Shown here: one piece after another, positions 58,591 through 58,744 of the stretch
Numbering within the stretch: the stretch's first letter is position 1
Layout of the letters: each line of letters opens with the position of its first letter
Assembly (NCBI GenBank): GCA_043732305.1
Contig: JAYTHU010000196.1
Coordinates: 1 to 58,744, forward strand
From: Oligoflexia bacterium
GTDB taxonomy: Bacteria > Bdellovibrionota > Bdellovibrionia > JABDDW01
Direction: 5' to 3'
DNA length: 58,744 bases
The notes under the pieces: model-generated
The model's input: only the letters and a program-made list of their open reading frames with translations
Database searches by the model: none
What the model was told of the DNA's origin: nothing
Translations under genes and position numbers: made by a program

Positions 58591-58674
58591 AGGTTTCGAA
58601 ATATACTCTGAACGGGCTTGATTTGCAAAGTGATCCTTGGTACATGAGATCTAGAGTCTCCGGGGGGGAATCAT

Positions 58675-58744
58675 ATGAAAAATGCATGTTTGTTTATGCT
58701 TTCGTCGATTTTGTCCATCGCATCGCTTAGTCTGGCGGATATGA
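58675..58744 (+). CDS. Start of a secreted protein (truncated by window edge)
   Basis: G-rich SD, MKNACLFMLSSILSIASLSLADM... signal peptide. Confidence 0.6.
   Translation, partial: MKNACLFMLSSILSIASLSLADM

Noticed and set aside
506..58611. Numerous 60-240 aa ORFs antisense to or nested within the called genes (e.g. 19197..19808, 42715..43434, 2227..2769, 49199..49726)
   Set aside because: They are shadow ORFs over well-supported genes and have no recognisable motifs.
1..58744. CRISPR array, tRNA/rRNA, prophage or recognisable defence system
   Set aside because: No regularly spaced repeats, RNA gene signatures, phage genes or known defence domains were found.

Overview
Bacterial chromosomal window, most consistent with a Bdellovibrionota/Oligoflexia-like organism. 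This is an inference from a TIGR02147/DUF4423 gene, many secreted hydrolases and orphan secreted proteins, and an RxPAS linker. It holds about 45 genes. Housekeeping and transport genes: typA, a NodIJ-like exporter, a nucleoside ABC importer, two K+ channels, an FTR1 iron permease with a Fur-like box, flbD-motAB, a divergent H+-PPase, tldD-pmbA, fadE, slyD, yceI, phhA, speA, chrA, aconitase and bolA-grxD-nfuA. Secreted enzymes: S53, S41 and M3 peptidases and an S1/P1 nuclease. The left edge has an IS66 right end inserted into a decayed gene. Most notable observations: (1) a ~38-bp element in three copies, two of which bracket a self-contained TIGR02147 regulator plus secreted HExxH-protein cassette as inverted repeats; (2) a FecR-like protein plus double beta-barrel operon divergent from a Cache-HAMP adenylyl cyclase, a candidate trans-envelope cAMP signalling system; (3) two paralogous orphan secreted proteins behind sigma54-like promoters, one with a perfect 17-bp hairpin hiding its Shine-Dalgarno (SD) site; (4) a symmetric bidirectional, apparently leaderless promoter sharing one palindromic -35; (5) a catalytically dead trypsin-like lipoprotein. 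No rRNA, tRNA or CRISPR array was seen. All assignments come from motif recognition by eye; no database searches were run.
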